Assembly (NCBI GenBank): GCA_965198945.1
Contig: CBDAQI010000011.1
Location: forward strand, 41,881-105,880
Origin: Thermodesulfobacteriota bacterium
GTDB taxonomy: Bacteria; Desulfobacterota_D; UBA1144; Nemesobacterales; Mycalebacteriaceae
Reading direction: 5' to 3'
DNA length: 64,000 bases
Under the pieces are notes generated by a model that saw only the letters and a program-made list of their open reading frames with translations, was not told the origin of the DNA and did not search any database. Position numbers and translations under genes: made by a program. Position 1 is the first letter of the stretch; every line of letters begins with the position of its first letter. This document shows, piece after piece, positions 18,854 to 30,212 of this stretch.

Positions 18854-18860
18854 AGTCCGG

Positions 18861-18947
18861 CGGAGGGAAGGGGATTCGAACCCCTGAGAGCCCTGAGGCC
18901 CCACTGGTTTTCGAGACCAGCGCCTTCGTCCGCTCGGCCATCCCTCC
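18861..18947 (-). tRNA. tRNA-Ser(CGA)
   Basis: Minus strand GGAGGGA…TCCCTCC-G, anticodon arm CTGGT-CTCGAAA-ACCAG, long variable arm, GGTTCGAATCC. Confidence 0.96.
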
Positions 18948-19002
18948 GGGGGTTAAGTTACACACGGCGGGCACTGCGGGCAAATTGCCGTTAGTCTAAA
19001 TG

Positions 19003-19176
19003 CCGGATTCCACCCCGTTTTGATATGAGACAGTTTTTTACATGGGGCACGTTTTTGCGTAAATGATTTTCTTTGTCATTCCCAAACTATTTGCCCGTCA
19101 CTCCCGCAGAATCGGGAGTCCAGTAATTTAGCTGTATTTCAGCCGGAGTTTATACCCCGAAGGGTAAGGGAATGAC
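19003..19176. repeat. degenerate CGTC-type REP/REPIN cluster
   Basis: GTCATTCCC…, CGTCACTCCCGCAGAATCGGGAGTCCAG, …GGGAATGAC. Confidence 0.65.
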
Positions 19177-19214
19177 AACAGGTGATGACTCAAAGCCATA
19201 TTGCATAATGGTTT

Positions 19215-19778
19215 TTAGCCGGATAACTCACGATAGCGAAAGCAATCAACCGTATGGTCATTGACCATACCCACCGCTTGCATAAAAGCGTAACAAATTG
19301 TTGAACCCACAAAGGTAAAACCGCGTTTCTTTAAATCTTTAGACATTTTATCGGATACCTCGGTATTGGCCGGTATTTCTGATAATGACCGCCATGCATT
19401 CTGGATCACTTTGCCGTCGGTAAACTGCCAGATGTAATTATTAAATGTGCCAAATTCCTCCCGCACCTTAATAAAAGCCTTTGCGTTTGTTACCGTGCCG
19501 TTTACTTTGAGTTTATTTCTAATAATACCGGGATTATTCATCAATGACTTTATCCTGGTTGCTTTATAGTTTGCGACTTTATTAAAATCAAACCGGTCAA
19601 ACACCTCGCGGTAAACCGGGCGCTTGCGTAATACCGTGATCCAGCTCAAACCGGCCTGGGCAGCTTCCAGAACCAGAAATTCAAATAATTTCCGATCGGT
19701 ATGGACCGGGACACCCCACTCCCTGTCGTGATACTTAATATTGAGTGTGTCATCCCCACACCATTCACACCTAATCAT
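19215..19778 (-). CDS. tag: DNA-3-methyladenine glycosylase I
   Basis: RCEW, YHDREWGVP, LFEFLVLEAAQAGLSW, IIRNKLK, GFTFVGSTICYAFMQAVGMVNDH. Confidence 0.96.
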   Translation of the reverse strand: MIRCEWCGDDTLNIKYHDREWGVPVHTDRKLFEFLVLEAAQAGLSWITVLRKRPVYREVFDRFDFNKVANYKATRIKSLMNNPGIIRNKLKVNGTVTNAKAFIKVREEFGTFNNYIWQFTDGKVIQNAWRSLSEIPANTEVSDKMSKDLKKRGFTFVGSTICYAFMQAVGMVNDHTVDCFRYRELSG

Positions 19779-19955
19779 GGCAAGCTTCCTTCATTGTTAT
19801 TCAAATCAAAAAATTATTGATGATACTTTAACATTATTTTGTACCTGTTTATGTGGCTGATAGATTTTGTCGTTTGGGTGGGTGGTGATAAAGGATTTGA
19901 AGGAGAGGGTTTTGGGTTTTCAGGGGGAAAAGGCGAAGATGGTTCAGCTTTCCTC

Positions 19956-20610
19956 CGTCATTCCCGCCCCGTTTTCACGGGGACAAGTTTGCGCGGTAAT
20001 CCAGAATAACACTGAGAATACCTTCAAGTCTTCTGATTTGATTTTTATTTTTATATGTGCAATTTTCCGCGAGGGGGGTGCCGGGTGTAATTTTTGCGAT
20101 TATGAATACTGGATTCCCGTTTCTTTTCCGTCATTTCCGTTTTTTCTTTCGTCATTCCCGTGCAAGCGGGAATCTAGCATAACGCTGAGAATGCCTTCAA
20201 GTCTTCTGATTTGATTTTATTTTTATATGTGCAATTTTCCGCGAGGGGTGCGGTGTGCAATTTTTGTGATTATGAATACTGGATTCCCGTTTCCACGGGA
20301 ATGACGACGGGGGTGTTTTTCTCGTCATTTCCGCGAACGCATGTCCCCATCCCCGTTTTCACAGGGACATGCGTTCATGAGGACAATCTTCCACGGGAAT
20401 GACGAAGGAGGTGTTTTTCTGTCATTCCTGCTTTTTCCCCATCATTTCCCGAAAGCGGGAATCCGGCATAACAATATGAATGCATTTAACTTTTCGGATT
20501 TTCATTCTTGCTTCTGCGGTTACAATCTTTTCCATGAATAATACTATTGCTGATTCCTTTGCTTCCGGTATTGAAAGAACCGCTCGTGAAATTCCGGATT
20601 CCCGTTTCCC
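19956..20610. repeat. cluster of CGTC-type REP palindromes in inverted pairs (REPIN-like) with a duplicated ~115-bp spacer
   Basis: Repeated GTCATTCCCG-nnnn-GCGGGAATC and CTGGATTCCCGTTTCCACGGGAATGAC; near-identical spacers at 20006-20123 and 20179-20293; nested hairpin GAACGCATGTCCC…GGGACATGCGTTC. Confidence 0.85.
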
Positions 20611-20659
20611 GGGGTGGCAAAACTCCGCCGGAATATAGTGGTAAACACACTGTCGCCAA

Positions 20660-22741
20660 ATGAAATACGACGCAAAAAATAAAAAAGACGTCCCGCCACC
20701 AGTGCCGGAGCCGGAAGAATTTTTCCCCGAAGCGGTCATTGTCGGAGAAAAAACTTTTATGAATCCCGATGATGTCGCGTCTTATTTTCTCCCCGGAGGA
20801 AAAGTGGAAAAAACCTTTGGCGAGGGATACGAATTCAGAAAACATCAACAGTCCCTTGTGCGCGAAATCGCATCGGCTTTCAACGGCGACCACTTCTCGC
20901 TTCTTGAAGCGCCCACGGGCATAGGAAAAACGCTTTCATATCTTCTGCCCGCAGCCAAATGGGCTGTTTTGAGCGGAGAGAAAGTCATTATTTCAACAAA
21001 CACAATCAATCTTCAGGATCAAATTATCAGCAAGGGTATTCCTCTTCTTGGCGATGTTCTTGGACACAGGGTGGAATACGCTCTGGCAAAAGGGATGAGA
21101 AATTATCTGTGCCTGCTTCGTATGAATGAAGTGAAAAGCGAACTGCCGTTTGGACAGGGTTCCCGTCATTCCCGCGAAAGCGGGAATCCAGTATCGGGAG
21201 AGGCTACCGGAGAACTCCGGACTCCCGAAGTGGTTTCCAAAGAGACCGGTTTGCACGGAAATGAAGAAATAAACCGCACAGACTTCGCGCGGGACGGGGA
21301 GGACGAGGCGCGGAGAATAATTGAATGGGGAGAGAAAACCCGCGACGGTTCGGTTCCTGATATGGGCTGGACTCCTTCTGAGCGCCAGTGGGACAGGTTT
21401 GCCGCGGAAAGCGAAAGCTGTGTGAGAAGAGACTGCCCGCACTACGGCGAATGTTTCTTTTTCAAGGCGAGAAGGAAAATTGCCAAAGCTGACCTGATAG
21501 TTGTCAATCACCATCTTCTTTTTGCTGATATTTCCATCAAACATTCGGCGGGAAAAGATGACGCGGGTGTTCTGCCCCCGGCGGGCAGGCTTGTGATAGA
21601 CGAAGCGCATAACATCGCAGGCTCCGCCACGGTTCATTTCACATTGAAGACATCCAGCCTCGGTGTTGCGAAAACTCTGAACCGTCTCACGCGCGCGGCT
21701 TCCCGCTCAGTCCGTCTCGCCGCAATGAACGGGAGCGCCACGGACGGACGCGTGTTGGAAATCCTTTCCGCAATGCGCAAGGTTCTGCTGCCGAGGATAA
21801 AAAAAGTGGAAAAGTCTTCCGGGCGATTTTTTGAATCACTGCGCAAATCCTTTGAAAAGGTCTCCGGAAAGGGGGTTCGTCGTTTCAGTGTTCGCGTTAT
21901 GGATAGTGATCTTGAACAAGGCGGCCGGTGGGAGCAAGCCGCTTCTCTGTGTCCGGAAATGAGCGCCGGCATGGCGGATCTGTCGGGCGAGGTGAGCAAA
22001 GCTCTCGCCGTTCTCGGCGAATCGGGGGGTGATGAAACTGTCGGTATTACGGCTGAGTTGAAAGCGGTTTTTGCGGGTCTTGTTCGTCACTGTGATGTGA
22101 TACGCAGTTTTGCCGACACGGGAGTTTCCGCGGGATTTGTAAAAAGTGTTGAGGCGGGTGGGAAAAACGGAAGGAAGTTTGCGTCCGTCTCAGTTTCTCC
22201 GGTTGACATAGCCCCGTATTTGAAAGAGCAGCTTTATGACAGGTGTAAAACTCTGATACTGACTTCCGCTACACTGAGGGAAAAAAACGGTTTTGGGTTT
22301 CAGAAACGCTCTCTGGGGCTTGAAGAAAATGACAGGTTGGCTGAAATTGCGGTGTCTTCTCCTTTCAATCATAAGAGGCAGACGCTTCTCGTCCTGCCGG
22401 ATGACTTGCCCGGGGCGGAGTCCGGAGAGGCTCATTTGAAAGCTCTTTCAGAAGCGATTTTTGATTTGACTCGGATTTCGCGCGGCGGCGCGCTTGTTCT
22501 TTTCACTTCTTATCAGCTTCTGGAAAAGGTGAGCGCCGCCTTATCCCCTGAGATTGAGCGGCTCGGCCTGAAGGTTTTGACTCAAGGGGATGCGCCGAGG
22601 GAAAGACTGCTCGCGGATTTCAAAGAGGACGGAAACGCCGTGCTTTTCGGCACTGACAGTTTTCGCGAAGGCGTTGACATTGCCGGAGACGCGCTGCGGC
22701 TTGTCATCATCACGGCTCTGCCGTTCAATTTTTTCAAATAA
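20660..22741 (+). pseudogene. dinG: DinG/YoaA-family helicase, 3'-truncated before motif VI
   Basis: EAPTGIGKTLSYL, Fe-S cysteines, VVNHHLLFAD, IDEAH, LTSATL, LVLFTSY, EGVDIAGD; stops right after IITALPF. Confidence 0.8.
21164..21266. repeat. REP/REPIN unit inserted in frame inside dinG
   Basis: CGTCATTCCCGCGAAAGCGGGAATCCAG … CCGGACTCCCG … GCACGGAAATGA, translated as RHSRESGNP…GLHGNE. Confidence 0.8.
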
Positions 22742-22943
22742 CAGACCCCGGCGGACGGGTTCTTCATGAGGAGAGAAACGTTATAGGCAAAAGCTTTGTA
22801 AACTGGTTCGGGTTCAGCGGGCTTCCGGCTCCGCATGGCGGCTGGCTGGGCGTTACGGGGCAAATTACACTCTTTTAAGAAACGGACGCGCCGTTATTTA
22901 TGAAAAAACTGATGTTTTTCTTGATAATCCCCGTATTCCTTGA
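22727..22943 (+). pseudogene. 3' remnant of an unrelated gene abutting truncated dinG
   Basis: Reads FQITDPGGRVLHE…NWFGFSGLPAPHGGWLG, then after a frame change ANYTLLRNGRAVIYEKTDVFLDNPRIP*; no helicase motifs. Confidence 0.4.
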
Positions 22944-22968
22944 CAATAATGCCGTTACCGGATAGAAA
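22940..22968 (+). promoter_or_regulatory. putative str-operon promoter
   Basis: TTGACA-N17-TAGAAA about 40 nt upstream of rpsL. Confidence 0.5.
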
Positions 22969-23009
22969 TAGCGCTCTGTTTTTCAGGAAACGGAAGCGGA
23001 AATAAAGTA

Positions 23010-23381
23010 ATGCCGAGCGTAAATCAACTCATAAGAAAAGGCAGGAAACGCATGGTCGTGAAAACCAGTTCGCCCGCCCTTCAGAACAACCCCCAGAAAA
23101 GAGGAGTTTGCGTGAGGGTTTACACCACGACTCCGAAAAAACCAAACTCGGCGATGAGAAAAGTGGCGAGAGTGAGGCTTACAAACGGCATTGAAGTGAC
23201 GGCTTACATACCGGGGGAAGGGCACTCGCTGCAGGAGCACTCCGTTGTTCTCGTCCGCGGCGGCAGAGTGAAGGATCTTCCCGGCGTCCGCTACCATATC
23301 GTAAGGGGTTCGCTTGACTCAACAGGCGTTGAAAACAGACGCAGAGGGCGTTCAAAATACGGCAGCAAAAAACCCAAATAG
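23010..23381 (+). CDS. rpsL: 30S ribosomal protein S12
   Basis: PQKRGVC…[12 protein letters not shown]…[13 protein letters not shown]. Confidence 0.99.
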   Translation: MPSVNQLIRKGRKRMVVKTSSPALQNNPQKRGVCVRVYTTTPKKPNSAMRKVARVRLTNGIEVTAYIPGEGHSLQEHSVVLVRGGRVKDLPGVRYHIVRGSLDSTGVENRRRGRSKYGSKKPK

Positions 23382-23392
23382 AGTGAAAGAAA

Positions 23393-23866
23393 ATGTCCAG
23401 AAAAAGTTCATCATCAAGGCCCAAAGCTGAGGCCGACCCGCGCTTCGGCGATGTTTTTATCGGGAAATTTATAAATTCTCTTATGCTTGACGGGAAAAAA
23501 AGCAAAGCGGAGAAAATATTTTACGATGTTATTGATTTAATAGGGGAGAGGGCTAAAACCAAGGAGCCGATCAAGGTTTTCTTCTCGGCCATGGACAATG
23601 TCAAGCCGTCTCTGGAAGTAAGGTCAAGACGGGTCGGCGGAGCGACCTATCAGGTTCCGATGGATGTGAAGCCGGTTCGCAGAAACTACCTTGCAATACG
23701 TTGGCTTCTTGACGCGGCCCGTAAGAGAAAAGAACACGGAGTGCGTGAAAAACTGGTTGCGGAGATACTTGACGCTTCCCAAAACCGCGGAACGGCGATC
23801 AAAAAGAGGGAAGACACCCATAAAATGGCCGAAGCCAACAGAGCTTTCGCCCATTACAGATGGTAA
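23393..23866 (+). CDS. rpsG: 30S ribosomal protein S7
   Basis: [30 protein letters not shown]. Confidence 0.99.
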   Translation: MSRKSSSSRPKAEADPRFGDVFIGKFINSLMLDGKKSKAEKIFYDVIDLIGERAKTKEPIKVFFSAMDNVKPSLEVRSRRVGGATYQVPMDVKPVRRNYLAIRWLLDAARKRKEHGVREKLVAEILDASQNRGTAIKKREDTHKMAEANRAFAHYRW

Positions 23867-23879
23867 GAGAGAGGGGCAA

Positions 23880-25964
23880 ATGGCGGAAGAAACTAAAGTC
23901 CCCATGGAGAGGGTGCGCAACATAGGGATTGTGGCGCACATAGACGCGGGAAAAACCACCACCACCGAACGCATTCTTTTCTACACCGGGCTTACCTACA
24001 AAATAGGAGAGGTTCATGAAGGCACCGCCACCATGGACTGGATGGAGCAGGAAAGAGAGCGCGGCATAACAATTACCTCAGCCACTACGACCTGTTTCTG
24101 GGACGACCACAGAATCAATATAGTTGACACCCCCGGACACGTTGATTTTACGATAGAAGTTGAGCGTTCGCTGAAAGTGCTTGACGGCGCCGTCGTCGTG
24201 TTTGACTGTGTCGGCGGTGTTGAGCCTCAAACCGAAACGGTCTGGAGACAGGCTGACCGCTACGGGGTTCCGAGAATATGCTTTGTCAACAAGATGGACA
24301 GAACCGGAGCGGATTTTTTCAAGGTTGTCAAACAGGTTGAAGAACGGCTCAACGCGCGTCCTGTATATATGCACATACCTTGGTTTGAGGGAGAGGAGTT
24401 CAGGGGAATAATAGACCTTGTCTCATGCAATCTTGCAGTCTGGGACGGGGAATCTCTCGGAGCCAAATTTGAACTGAAAGACATACCGGAAGACTGCCGC
24501 GAGCAGTTCCAGACCGGCCGCAAGCAGCTTCTTGAAGCCCTGTCTGATTTTGACGACTCCATAATGGAGGCATATCTGGGAGATGAGGAATTGGACACTG
24601 CGTCCGTTAAAAAAGTCATAAGAGAGCAGACCATAGCGCTGAATATCATTCCGGTGTTTTGCGGTTCCGCTTTCAAAAACAAAGGGGTTCAGCTTCTGCT
24701 TGACGCCGTTGTTGACTATCTTCCCTCTCCGGTGGATCTTCCGCCGATTGGCGGCAAGAAGGAAGACGGCTCTGATGATGTCAGAGTGTCAGACCCTGAT
24801 GCGCCTTTCTCAGCGCTCGCATTTAAGATCATGACCGACCCTTTTGTGGGGCAGCTTACATATATAAGGGTTTATTCCGGGAAGCTGATTTCAGGCAGCA
24901 CGGTGCTTAACTCAACAAAAGGGAAAAAAGAGAAAATAGGGCGTCTGGTGAGGATGCACGCCAATAAAAGAGAGGAAATCAAAGAGACCGGCGCGGGCGG
25001 AATAGTGGCCGCGGTGGGTCTTAAAACTTCCGTAACGGGAGACACGCTCTGTGATCTGCAGAACCCGATTGTTCTTGAGAGTTTGAACATATCAGACCCG
25101 GTCATATCAATTGCGATTGAGCCCAAGTCAAAGGCCGATCAGGAAAAACTGGGAATGTCACTTTCAAGGCTTGCTCTTGAAGATCCCTCTTTCAGGGTGA
25201 AGAGCGATGAGGAAACCGGCCAGACTGTCATATCGGGAATGGGTGAGCTTCACCTTGAGGTTATTGTTGACAGGCTTTCAAGGGAGTTCAATGTAGATGC
25301 TAATGTCGGAAGACCGCAGGTTGCCTACAGGGAAACCATAGTCGGCAATTCCGATGTTGACGCCAAATTTATAAGGCAGACCGGCGGCCGCGGTCAATAC
25401 GGACATGTGAAAATCAAAATGGAGCCGCTTGAGAGAGGACAGGGTTTTGAGTTTGTTGACCAGATCAAGGGCGGTGTGATACCGAGAGAGTATATTCCGG
25501 CCGTTGAGAAGGGCATAAAAGAGGTTATGGAAACCGGTGTGGTTTCCGGTTACCCGGTTGTTGATGTGAAAGTTACGCTCTACGACGGTTCATTCCATGA
25601 GGTGGATTCATCAGAAATCGCTTTCAAGATAGTGGGCTCAATGGCTTTCAAAGATGCGTTTACAAAGGCCTCTCCGTCCATCCTTGAGCCGGTGATGAGC
25701 CTGGAAGTGGTGACGCCTGAAGATTTTACCGGAAGTGTAATAGGAGATTTGAGTTCCAGAAGAGGGAAGATAGTGAGCACTGAGATGCGCGGGGCGATGC
25801 AGGCGGTTAAATCGGATGTTCCACTTGGTGAAGTGTTCGGATATGCTACGGAGTTGAGGTCAATGACCGAGGGAAGGGCTTCGTTTACAATGGAATTTGC
25901 CCGTTATGAGATTCTTCCGTCCGGCATGGCGGAGGAGCTCAAGGCTGCGGCGCAGTCAAATTGA
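23880..25964 (+). CDS. fusA: elongation factor G
   Basis: [40 protein letters not shown]. Confidence 0.99.
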   Translation: MAEETKVPMERVRNIGIVAHIDAGKTTTTERILFYTGLTYKIGEVHEGTATMDWMEQERERGITITSATTTCFWDDHRINIVDTPGHVDFTIEVERSLKVLDGAVVVFDCVGGVEPQTETVWRQADRYGVPRICFVNKMDRTGADFFKVVKQVEERLNARPVYMHIPWFEGEEFRGIIDLVSCNLAVWDGESLGAKFELKDIPEDCREQFQTGRKQLLEALSDFDDSIMEAYLGDEELDTASVKKVIREQTIALNIIPVFCGSAFKNKGVQLLLDAVVDYLPSPVDLPPIGGKKEDGSDDVRVSDPDAPFSALAFKIMTDPFVGQLTYIRVYSGKLISGSTVLNSTKGKKEKIGRLVRMHANKREEIKETGAGGIVAAVGLKTSVTGDTLCDLQNPIVLESLNISDPVISIAIEPKSKADQEKLGMSLSRLALEDPSFRVKSDEETGQTVISGMGELHLEVIVDRLSREFNVDANVGRPQVAYRETIVGNSDVDAKFIRQTGGRGQYGHVKIKMEPLERGQGFEFVDQIKGGVIPREYIPAVEKGIKEVMETGVVSGYPVVDVKVTLYDGSFHEVDSSEIAFKIVGSMAFKDAFTKASPSILEPVMSLEVVTPEDFTGSVIGDLSSRRGKIVSTEMRGAMQAVKSDVPLGEVFGYATELRSMTEGRASFTMEFARYEILPSGMAEELKAAAQSN

Positions 25965-26012
25965 TTGGAGTGATGAGAATGAATTTTTCTTTTTTCAGGA
26001 GGTGTTTGAGAT

Positions 26013-27188
26013 ATGTCTAAGGCGAAGTTTGAGAGGGGCAAGCCTCATTTGAACATAGGGACTATTGGTCATGTTGATCACGGCAAGACTACGCTTACGG
26101 CTGCGATAACGAAGGTTTTGGACATGGCGGAGTTTGTGGAGTTTGGGGACATAGACAAGTCTCCTGAGGAGAAGGACAGGGGGATAACGATAAACATATC
26201 TCATGTTGAGTATGAGACTGAGGGGCGTCATTATGCTCATGTTGACTGTCCCGGTCATGCGGATTATGTGAAGAACATGATAACGGGGGCGGCGCAGATG
26301 GACGGTGCGATACTGGTTGTGAGCGCTCCTGACGGTCCCATGCCACAGACGCGGGAGCACATCTTGCTTGCGCGTCAGGTTGGAGTTCCTTCAATAGTGG
26401 TTGCGTTGAACAAGGTGGACATGCTGGATGATCCTGAGCTTTTGGATTTGGTTGAGCTTGAGATACGGGAGTTGTTGAACGAGTATAAGTTTCCGGGCGA
26501 TGATATACCGATAATGAAGGTGAGCGCTTTGAAGGCTCTTGAGGGAGACGGAGATGCTGCGGGTCAGATACGGGAGTTGATGTCTGCGGTGGACGGATAT
26601 GTGCCTGAGCCTGTGCGCGAGGTTGACAAGCCTTTTATTATGGCTGTGGAGGATGTGTTTACGATATCGGGTCGCGGCACGGTTGTTACGGGCAGGGTTG
26701 AGCGCGGCAGGATAGAGGCTGGTGATGAGGTTGAGATAGTGGGGTTTAGTGAGACGGTGAAGACGGTTGCGACGAGTCTTGAGATGTTCAGGAAGATACT
26801 GGATGATGCGGTTGCGGGGGACAATGTGGGTGTGCTGCTGCGTGGGATAGAGAAGGATTCTGTTGAGCGTGGTCAGGTTTTGTCTGCGGTGGGGAGCATT
26901 ACGCCTCACAAGAAGTTTTCTGCGGAGGTGTATGTGTTGAAGAAGGAGGAGGGTGGTCGTCACACTCCTTTTTTCCCCGGGTATCGTCCTCAGTTTTATT
27001 TGCGGACTACGGATGTGACGGGTTCTGTGAAGCTGCCCGATGGTGTGGAGATGGTGATGCCGGGCGATAATGTGAATATGGAAGTGGAGCTGATAGCTCC
27101 GGTGGCGATGGAAGAGCAGCTCCGTTTTGCAATCAGGGAAGGGGGCAGAACCGTGGGAGCCGGCGTCGTTACCGGAATTATTGAGTAG
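26013..27188 (+). CDS. tuf: elongation factor Tu
   Basis: [40 protein letters not shown]. Confidence 0.99.
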   Translation: MSKAKFERGKPHLNIGTIGHVDHGKTTLTAAITKVLDMAEFVEFGDIDKSPEEKDRGITINISHVEYETEGRHYAHVDCPGHADYVKNMITGAAQMDGAILVVSAPDGPMPQTREHILLARQVGVPSIVVALNKVDMLDDPELLDLVELEIRELLNEYKFPGDDIPIMKVSALKALEGDGDAAGQIRELMSAVDGYVPEPVREVDKPFIMAVEDVFTISGRGTVVTGRVERGRIEAGDEVEIVGFSETVKTVATSLEMFRKILDDAVAGDNVGVLLRGIEKDSVERGQVLSAVGSITPHKKFSAEVYVLKKEEGGRHTPFFPGYRPQFYLRTTDVTGSVKLPDGVEMVMPGDNVNMEVELIAPVAMEEQLRFAIREGGRTVGAGVVTGIIE

Positions 27189-27193
27189 CAAAT

Positions 27194-27508
27194 ATGAATA
27201 TTGCTTCAAAAATAAGAATAAAACTCAAGTCTTTTGACCACCGTCTTATTGACAAGTCGGTTTTTGAGATAGCGGATACGGCGAAAAGAACCGGAGCAAA
27301 AATTTCCGGCCCTCTTCCCCTTCCCACAATGATACGCAGGTTTTGTGTCCTCAGGTCTCCGCATGTGAATAAAAATTCAAGGGAGCATTTTGAGGTCAGA
27401 ACCCACAAAAGAATAGTCTACATACTTGAGCCCACCCATCAGACGGTTGATGAGCTTATGAAACTGGATTTGGCTTCGGGAGTTGATGTTGACATTAAAC
27501 TCACATAA
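27194..27508 (+). CDS. rpsJ: 30S ribosomal protein S10
   Basis: [28 protein letters not shown]. Confidence 0.98.
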   Translation: MNIASKIRIKLKSFDHRLIDKSVFEIADTAKRTGAKISGPLPLPTMIRRFCVLRSPHVNKNSREHFEVRTHKRIVYILEPTHQTVDELMKLDLASGVDVDIKLT

Positions 27509-27519
27509 AAGGTGATGAA

Positions 27520-28161
27520 ATGATAGGCGGTCTCATAGGTAAAAAAGTGGCGATGACTCAGGTGTTTCAGGACGGTACCACCCTTGTTCCGGTTACCGTG
27601 CTTGAAGTCGGTCCCTGTTATGTGATTCAGAAAAAGACTCCTGAAAAAGACGGTTACTCCTCGGTTCAGATCGGATACGGGGAGGATTTTTCCGCAAACA
27701 AGGCGTCAACAGGCCACTGCGCCGCCGCAGGCCTTCCGGCAATGAAGAGAGTGGTTGAAGTCCGCTGTGGTGACGGAGAAATTAAGCCCGGAGACATTTT
27801 TACCGCGGATTTTTTCAAAGAGGGAGACAGGGTGGATGTAATTGGCACGGGGAAGGGTAAAGGTTTTACCGGTGTGATGAAAAGGCACGGATTTGCGGGT
27901 CAGCCCGCTTCACACGGCGGCAAAGCCCACCGCAGGCCGGGCTCAATAGGGCAGGCGTCTTATCCGGCTCGCGTCTGGAAGGGGATTAAAATGGCGGGAA
28001 GATCCGGCGGAAAAGGCATTACAACTCAAGGTTTGAGAGTTGTTTCCGTTGATATTGAGAAAAATCTTGTTAGTGTAAAGGGCGCGGTTCCGGGGCGGCG
28101 CGGTTCAGACGTATTTATAAGACATTCCGTAAAAGGAGGCGGTCAGGTTGCCGACGGTTGA
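27520..28161 (+). CDS. rplC: 50S ribosomal protein L3
   Basis: GKKVAMTQVF, GKGFTGVMKRH, HRRPGSIG. Confidence 0.98.
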   Translation: MIGGLIGKKVAMTQVFQDGTTLVPVTVLEVGPCYVIQKKTPEKDGYSSVQIGYGEDFSANKASTGHCAAAGLPAMKRVVEVRCGDGEIKPGDIFTADFFKEGDRVDVIGTGKGKGFTGVMKRHGFAGQPASHGGKAHRRPGSIGQASYPARVWKGIKMAGRSGGKGITTQGLRVVSVDIEKNLVSVKGAVPGRRGSDVFIRHSVKGGGQVADG

Positions 28162-28777
28162 AGTATATGACATGAGCAAAAATCAGGTCGGGACTCTTGA
28201 TTTGAACAATGAAGTTTTTGAGTCTCCGGTCAGAGAAGACCTGATACAGCTTGTCGTAAAATGGCAGCTTGCCGCGGCGAGAAGCGGTACCGCGTCCGCG
28301 AAAACGCGCGGCGAGGTAAGCGGCGGAGGCTCCAAGCCGTGGAAGCAGAAACACTCGGGCCGCGCAAGACACGGCTCCACAAGATCTCCGATATGGAGGA
28401 AGGGCGGCGTTACTTTTGGTCCCAAGCCCAAAGACTGGTCTTTCAGTGTTCCCCGCAAAGTCAGGAAACAGGCTCTCAGGTCGGCTTTGTCGGCGAGGTT
28501 CCGTGACGGCGCAATCAAGGTCGTCAAAGACTTGAGCCTTTCTGAAATAAAAACAAAAACGGTTGCGGACATGCTAAAAAATTTTGGAGTCGCAAGCGCT
28601 CTCTTTGTTGATGTTCCGAACGGCGCCTCGGAAAACTTTGCCAAGTCGGCAAATAACATTCCCCGCGTCAAAATGCTGGCGGACAAGGGAATCAACGTTT
28701 ACGACACTTTGGGGTTTGACGGTTTGATAATGACAGTTGATGCGGTCAAATCAGTGCAGGAGGCTCTTTCACATTGA
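28148..28777 (+). CDS. rplD: 50S ribosomal protein L4
   Basis: KTRGEVSGGGSKPWKQK, RSPIWRKGGVTFGPKP. Confidence 0.98.
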   Translation: MPTVEVYDMSKNQVGTLDLNNEVFESPVREDLIQLVVKWQLAAARSGTASAKTRGEVSGGGSKPWKQKHSGRARHGSTRSPIWRKGGVTFGPKPKDWSFSVPRKVRKQALRSALSARFRDGAIKVVKDLSLSEIKTKTVADMLKNFGVASALFVDVPNGASENFAKSANNIPRVKMLADKGINVYDTLGFDGLIMTVDAVKSVQEALSH

Positions 28778-29061
28778 AAAGCCCGCATCAGATTCTCAGA
28801 ACACCTCTTGTGACCGAAAAGAGTTTTTCTCTGCGTGAGAAGGGCTGGTATGTTTTTTCGGTTGATGAGAAGAGCAAAAAGCATCAGATAAAAGACTCCG
28901 TTGAAAAGTCTTTCGGGGTGAAAGTGGGTAGAGTTAGAACCTCAATCGTTCCCGGAAAAAAGGTAAAAAGGGGCGGGCGCCTGGCCGGGAGAAGGCCGGG
29001 ATTTAAGAAGGCATATGTGAAGGTTGTTGAGGGAACGATAGAGATATTTGAGGGATTATAA
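28774..29061 (+). CDS. rplW: 50S ribosomal protein L23
   Basis: [13 protein letters not shown]; operon position. Confidence 0.97.
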   Translation: MKSPHQILRTPLVTEKSFSLREKGWYVFSVDEKSKKHQIKDSVEKSFGVKVGRVRTSIVPGKKVKRGGRLAGRRPGFKKAYVKVVEGTIEIFEGL

Positions 29062-29903
29062 TGGGAATAAGAAAATTCAACCCGACAACTCCGGGAACAC
29101 GTTTCAGAACCGGCGAGGACTTTACCGAAGTTACTTCTTCCGTTCCTCACAAGCCGCTGGTCTCTTCAATACCTAACAGGGCGGGAAGAGGAAGCGGGGG
29201 CAGAATCTCAAGCTACAACCGCGGCGGCGGACACAAAAGGCTTTACAGAAACGTGGATTTCAAGAGAAATAAAAGCGGAGTGCCGGCAAAGGTTGCTTCA
29301 ATAGAGTATGATCCTTACAGGTCTGCGAGAATAGCTCTTCTCAATTATGCGGACGGTGAAAAAAGATATATTGTCGCATCCGAGGGGCTGTCCGTCGGAG
29401 ACACGGTTGTGTCCGGCGCGGGCTCGGAAGTCGCCCCCGGTAACGCGCTGAAACTCAGAGAGATTCCCACCGGTGTTTTTGTTCATAATGTTGAGATTCG
29501 TCCCGGAGGCGGCGCCAAAATCGCACGCTCGGCGGGAAGCTCCGTTCAGATTACCGCCAAAGAGGGAGACCGCGCCCTGTTAAAACTTCCGTCGGGTGAG
29601 ATAAGAATGGTCAGTCTTGAGTGCATGGCGACCTTGGGCAGAGTGGGAAACTCCGAGCACGAACTTGTCTCAATCGGAAAAGCCGGAAGAAACAGGCACA
29701 GACGCCGCAGACCCAAAGTGAGGGGTGTGGCGATGAATCCGGTTGACCATCCGCACGGCGGCGGAGAGGGAAAAGCCACAAAGGGAAATCCCCATCCCGT
29801 TTCTCCGTGGGGTTGGATAACAATCGGATACAAAACAAGGAAGAACAAAAGGACCGACAAATACATCGTCAGGCCCAGAAGGGTCGGATACGGGATGGAT
29901 TAA
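29061..29903 (+). CDS. rplB: 50S ribosomal protein L2
   Basis: [30 protein letters not shown]. Confidence 0.99.
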   Translation: MGIRKFNPTTPGTRFRTGEDFTEVTSSVPHKPLVSSIPNRAGRGSGGRISSYNRGGGHKRLYRNVDFKRNKSGVPAKVASIEYDPYRSARIALLNYADGEKRYIVASEGLSVGDTVVSGAGSEVAPGNALKLREIPTGVFVHNVEIRPGGGAKIARSAGSSVQITAKEGDRALLKLPSGEIRMVSLECMATLGRVGNSEHELVSIGKAGRNRHRRRRPKVRGVAMNPVDHPHGGGEGKATKGNPHPVSPWGWITIGYKTRKNKRTDKYIVRPRRVGYGMD

Positions 29904-29912
29904 GAGGGGATA

Positions 29913-30200
29913 ATGGCAGCGGAATCACAAAAAAAACCATATGTTCACGAGAAGCTTCTCAAGAAGGTCATGGCGGCAAAAGATAAGAAAAAGGGCGATG
30001 TTTACATTAAAACATGGTCGCGGGCGTCAATGGTGATACCGGATATGATAGGTCTTACAATAGCGGTTTATAACGGAAGAAGGTTTATCCCCATTTCCAT
30101 AAACGAACATATGATAGGACACAAACTCGGGGAATTTTCGCCGACAAGGACTTTTCAGTCACACGCGGGCGGTGACAAAAAATCAAAGGTGGGCAGGTAG
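29913..30200 (+). CDS. rpsS: 30S ribosomal protein S19
   Basis: [19 protein letters not shown]. Confidence 0.98.
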   Translation: MAAESQKKPYVHEKLLKKVMAAKDKKKGDVYIKTWSRASMVIPDMIGLTIAVYNGRRFIPISINEHMIGHKLGEFSPTRTFQSHAGGDKKSKVGR

Positions 30201-30212
30201 GAATTAACATCC

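Noticed and set aside
19956-20610. Possible CRISPR array or protein-coding ORFs in the repeat cluster
   Set aside because: Repeats alternate in orientation, spacers are long and one is duplicated; the short ORFs are translations of the repeats
26391-27209. 272-aa antisense ORF opposite tuf, and similar shadow ORFs elsewhere
   Set aside because: Explained by codon bias on the coding strand; no recognisable motifs
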